This document shows positions 62,191 through 64,000 of a DNA stretch of 64,000 nucleotides, piece by piece. The notes under the pieces were generated by a model. That model ran no database searches. It was not told the DNA's origin and was given only the letters and a program-made list of their open reading frames with translations. The DNA lies in contig JARDVH010000150.1 of the NCBI GenBank assembly GCA_030324005.1, positions 36,919,389 to 36,983,388 of the forward strand, written 5' to 3'. A program made the position numbers and the translations under genes. Numbering within the stretch: position 1 is the stretch's first letter; each line of letters starts with the position of its first letter. The DNA is from Negaprion brevirostris. Its lineage: Eukaryota.

Positions 62191-64000
62191 TACTTCATTT
62201 TATATGGTATAGCAAATCCCGGACCACACTTACAATCTTGAAACATCGATGCTGAGGAAGATGGACTCAAAAGAGGAGTTAATTACTGAAATTGAACAAG
62301 TGCCAAGTAAGCAATCACTGGAGAGGAACATGATTGGCACGCAATGTACATCCATACACTCAAAAATATGGACATTCGTACTCTTGATTTCTGGGTGACA
62401 TTCTTTTTGGAATATACCAGAGAATAAAGTACACTTCAGTGCTTTTGCATTCTTTTGTGATATCTACTCCTTCATAAACTAATGTTGTAATATACCACAG
62501 TAATTCCACATTGTGTGTCAATATTATCACCACTCAGTATCTACAACTCCACCCAGTCAGCCACCCTGCTTTTAACCCGGTTATTGATTGGAACTATTAT
62601 TCCTCTGCTGTGCCTTCTCTATATTTAACTAGTCTTTTCCTTTAAGTAGCAGTTGCCGAGTTCACTAAGGGGCGGATCTCAGGGTTTTTTTGGCAGTTGA
62701 AGTTCCTGGTTTAGCCACTTCTGGTATAGTCAAATTATGTGGGGGATGGAACAGAAAGATGACTCTGCTGCAATAAAATGTCCTCGCTGCTGAGCTGTGA
62801 AACCTCGACAGGAACCCTTTACTGAAGTGACCCTTTAGCTCAATTTTGGATTAAGTAGCCCTCATCCATCTTTTAGGTGACTATTGAACAGCAGGAAAGG
62901 CATCTGACAGGAGCCCAATCTACTCCTCAGCCTGTGCCAGACACTTTCCAGTCACAGACAGGAGAGGAAAACCTTGCTGATTCCTTCCTAATAAACTCAT
63001 GCAAACAGAGACCAAAATGCAGTGCCCCCACTTCTACCCTATCTGGCTAACGCAATCAAGAGATCATGGATCAAAACTGGGGCCTTGCTGAGTTTGCCTC
63101 AGAACCACAATTTACTCAAAATATTCTTGAATTGTGAAAAAGTCCATTAAGTACAACTTGGATAAAACACTTCAACACTAAACAAGCTCACCAAGGCCAC
63201 TGTCACGCTGCCAGTAAGGTTACAGTACCCTGCTCTATGTGGCAGTACGCTTAATTAGTTTACCAGACAACCTGCCCATTTAAAATGGGGCTGTCTTGCC
63301 CCATTCAATAATAAAAGCCAACCATACAAGATCAAAGAACTTGTCCAAACTGATGTCAGGCTTTTGCCTTTGAGATCCAATCACATTACGGCAGCAGAGC
63401 AGAATTGTATTTTAGCATAGCAGAGCCACTGAAAAGGAATTTCCAGGAGAAAAAACACAATACACCCCAGGAGATTAAATTGTTACTCACAACCTATGAT
63501 CTAGTACATTCTTGTACACTGATTAAAANNNNNNNNNNNNNNNNNNNNNNNNNNNNNNNNNNNNNNNNNNNNNNNNNNNNNNNNNNNNNNNNNNNNNNNN
63601 NNNNNNNNNNNNNNNNNNNNNNNNNNNNTTAAAAGGCAGTCTACCAGCTACTATGCAAACATGCAAGACTATAACTCCTTCAAAAAGGCGAACTAACAGA
63701 AGTCAATTTTTAGCAGCAAACATATAAAACATCACCGTACAATTCTGAGAAACAGGGAGGGTCGAGACAACTTAATGACAGGGAATACCACAACCAGCTC
63801 GGAGGAAAGAGGTACTTGATACGTATGGGTTCTCAGAATTACACGGGGGAGAGACAACTACACAGAGAGAGAGAGTCCCTTCAACAAAGTTGGGGCGGGG
63901 GGGGATCGCAAAAAGGGAGGCTAATCACACAAGGCTGTGTTAATTAGCTCTTATCTGACTTGAGAGCACGGCAGTGTCATGAGTAGGTCACTCGATGTGG

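Overview
This is eukaryotic vertebrate genomic DNA, not prokaryotic: there are no operons, CRISPR arrays, rRNA or true tRNA genes. The repeat set points to a shark, probably a carcharhiniform (inference from recalled repeat consensus sequences). It includes HE1/V-SINEs, HER1/CR1 LINEs, SacSINE1/Deu-SINE-like elements, L2, RTE, Rex1 and Penelope-like elements. The window reads as a repeat-dense intron or intergenic interval in a gapped short- or linked-read assembly with many 10-N and 100-N gaps. I recognise no host protein-coding exon. Every ORF-track protein I could interpret is a broken retrotransposon ORF2 or GIY-YIG fragment. The observations most worth checking are: (1) three 5'-inverted retro-insertions, in RTE, CR1 and Penelope-type elements; (2) SINE-LINE tail pairings and a V-SINE tail swap; (3) Penelope termini with decayed hammerhead ribozyme cores; (4) a candidate minus-strand promoter/first exon at about 12.1-12.8 kb with IRF, ETS and TATA-like motifs; (5) false gaps with duplicated flanks, one splitting a candidate 100-nt non-coding exon. 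I found no evidence strong enough to claim a new biological system. Repeat boundaries are estimated by eye (about +/-20-30 bp) and family names come from recall, not a database search.
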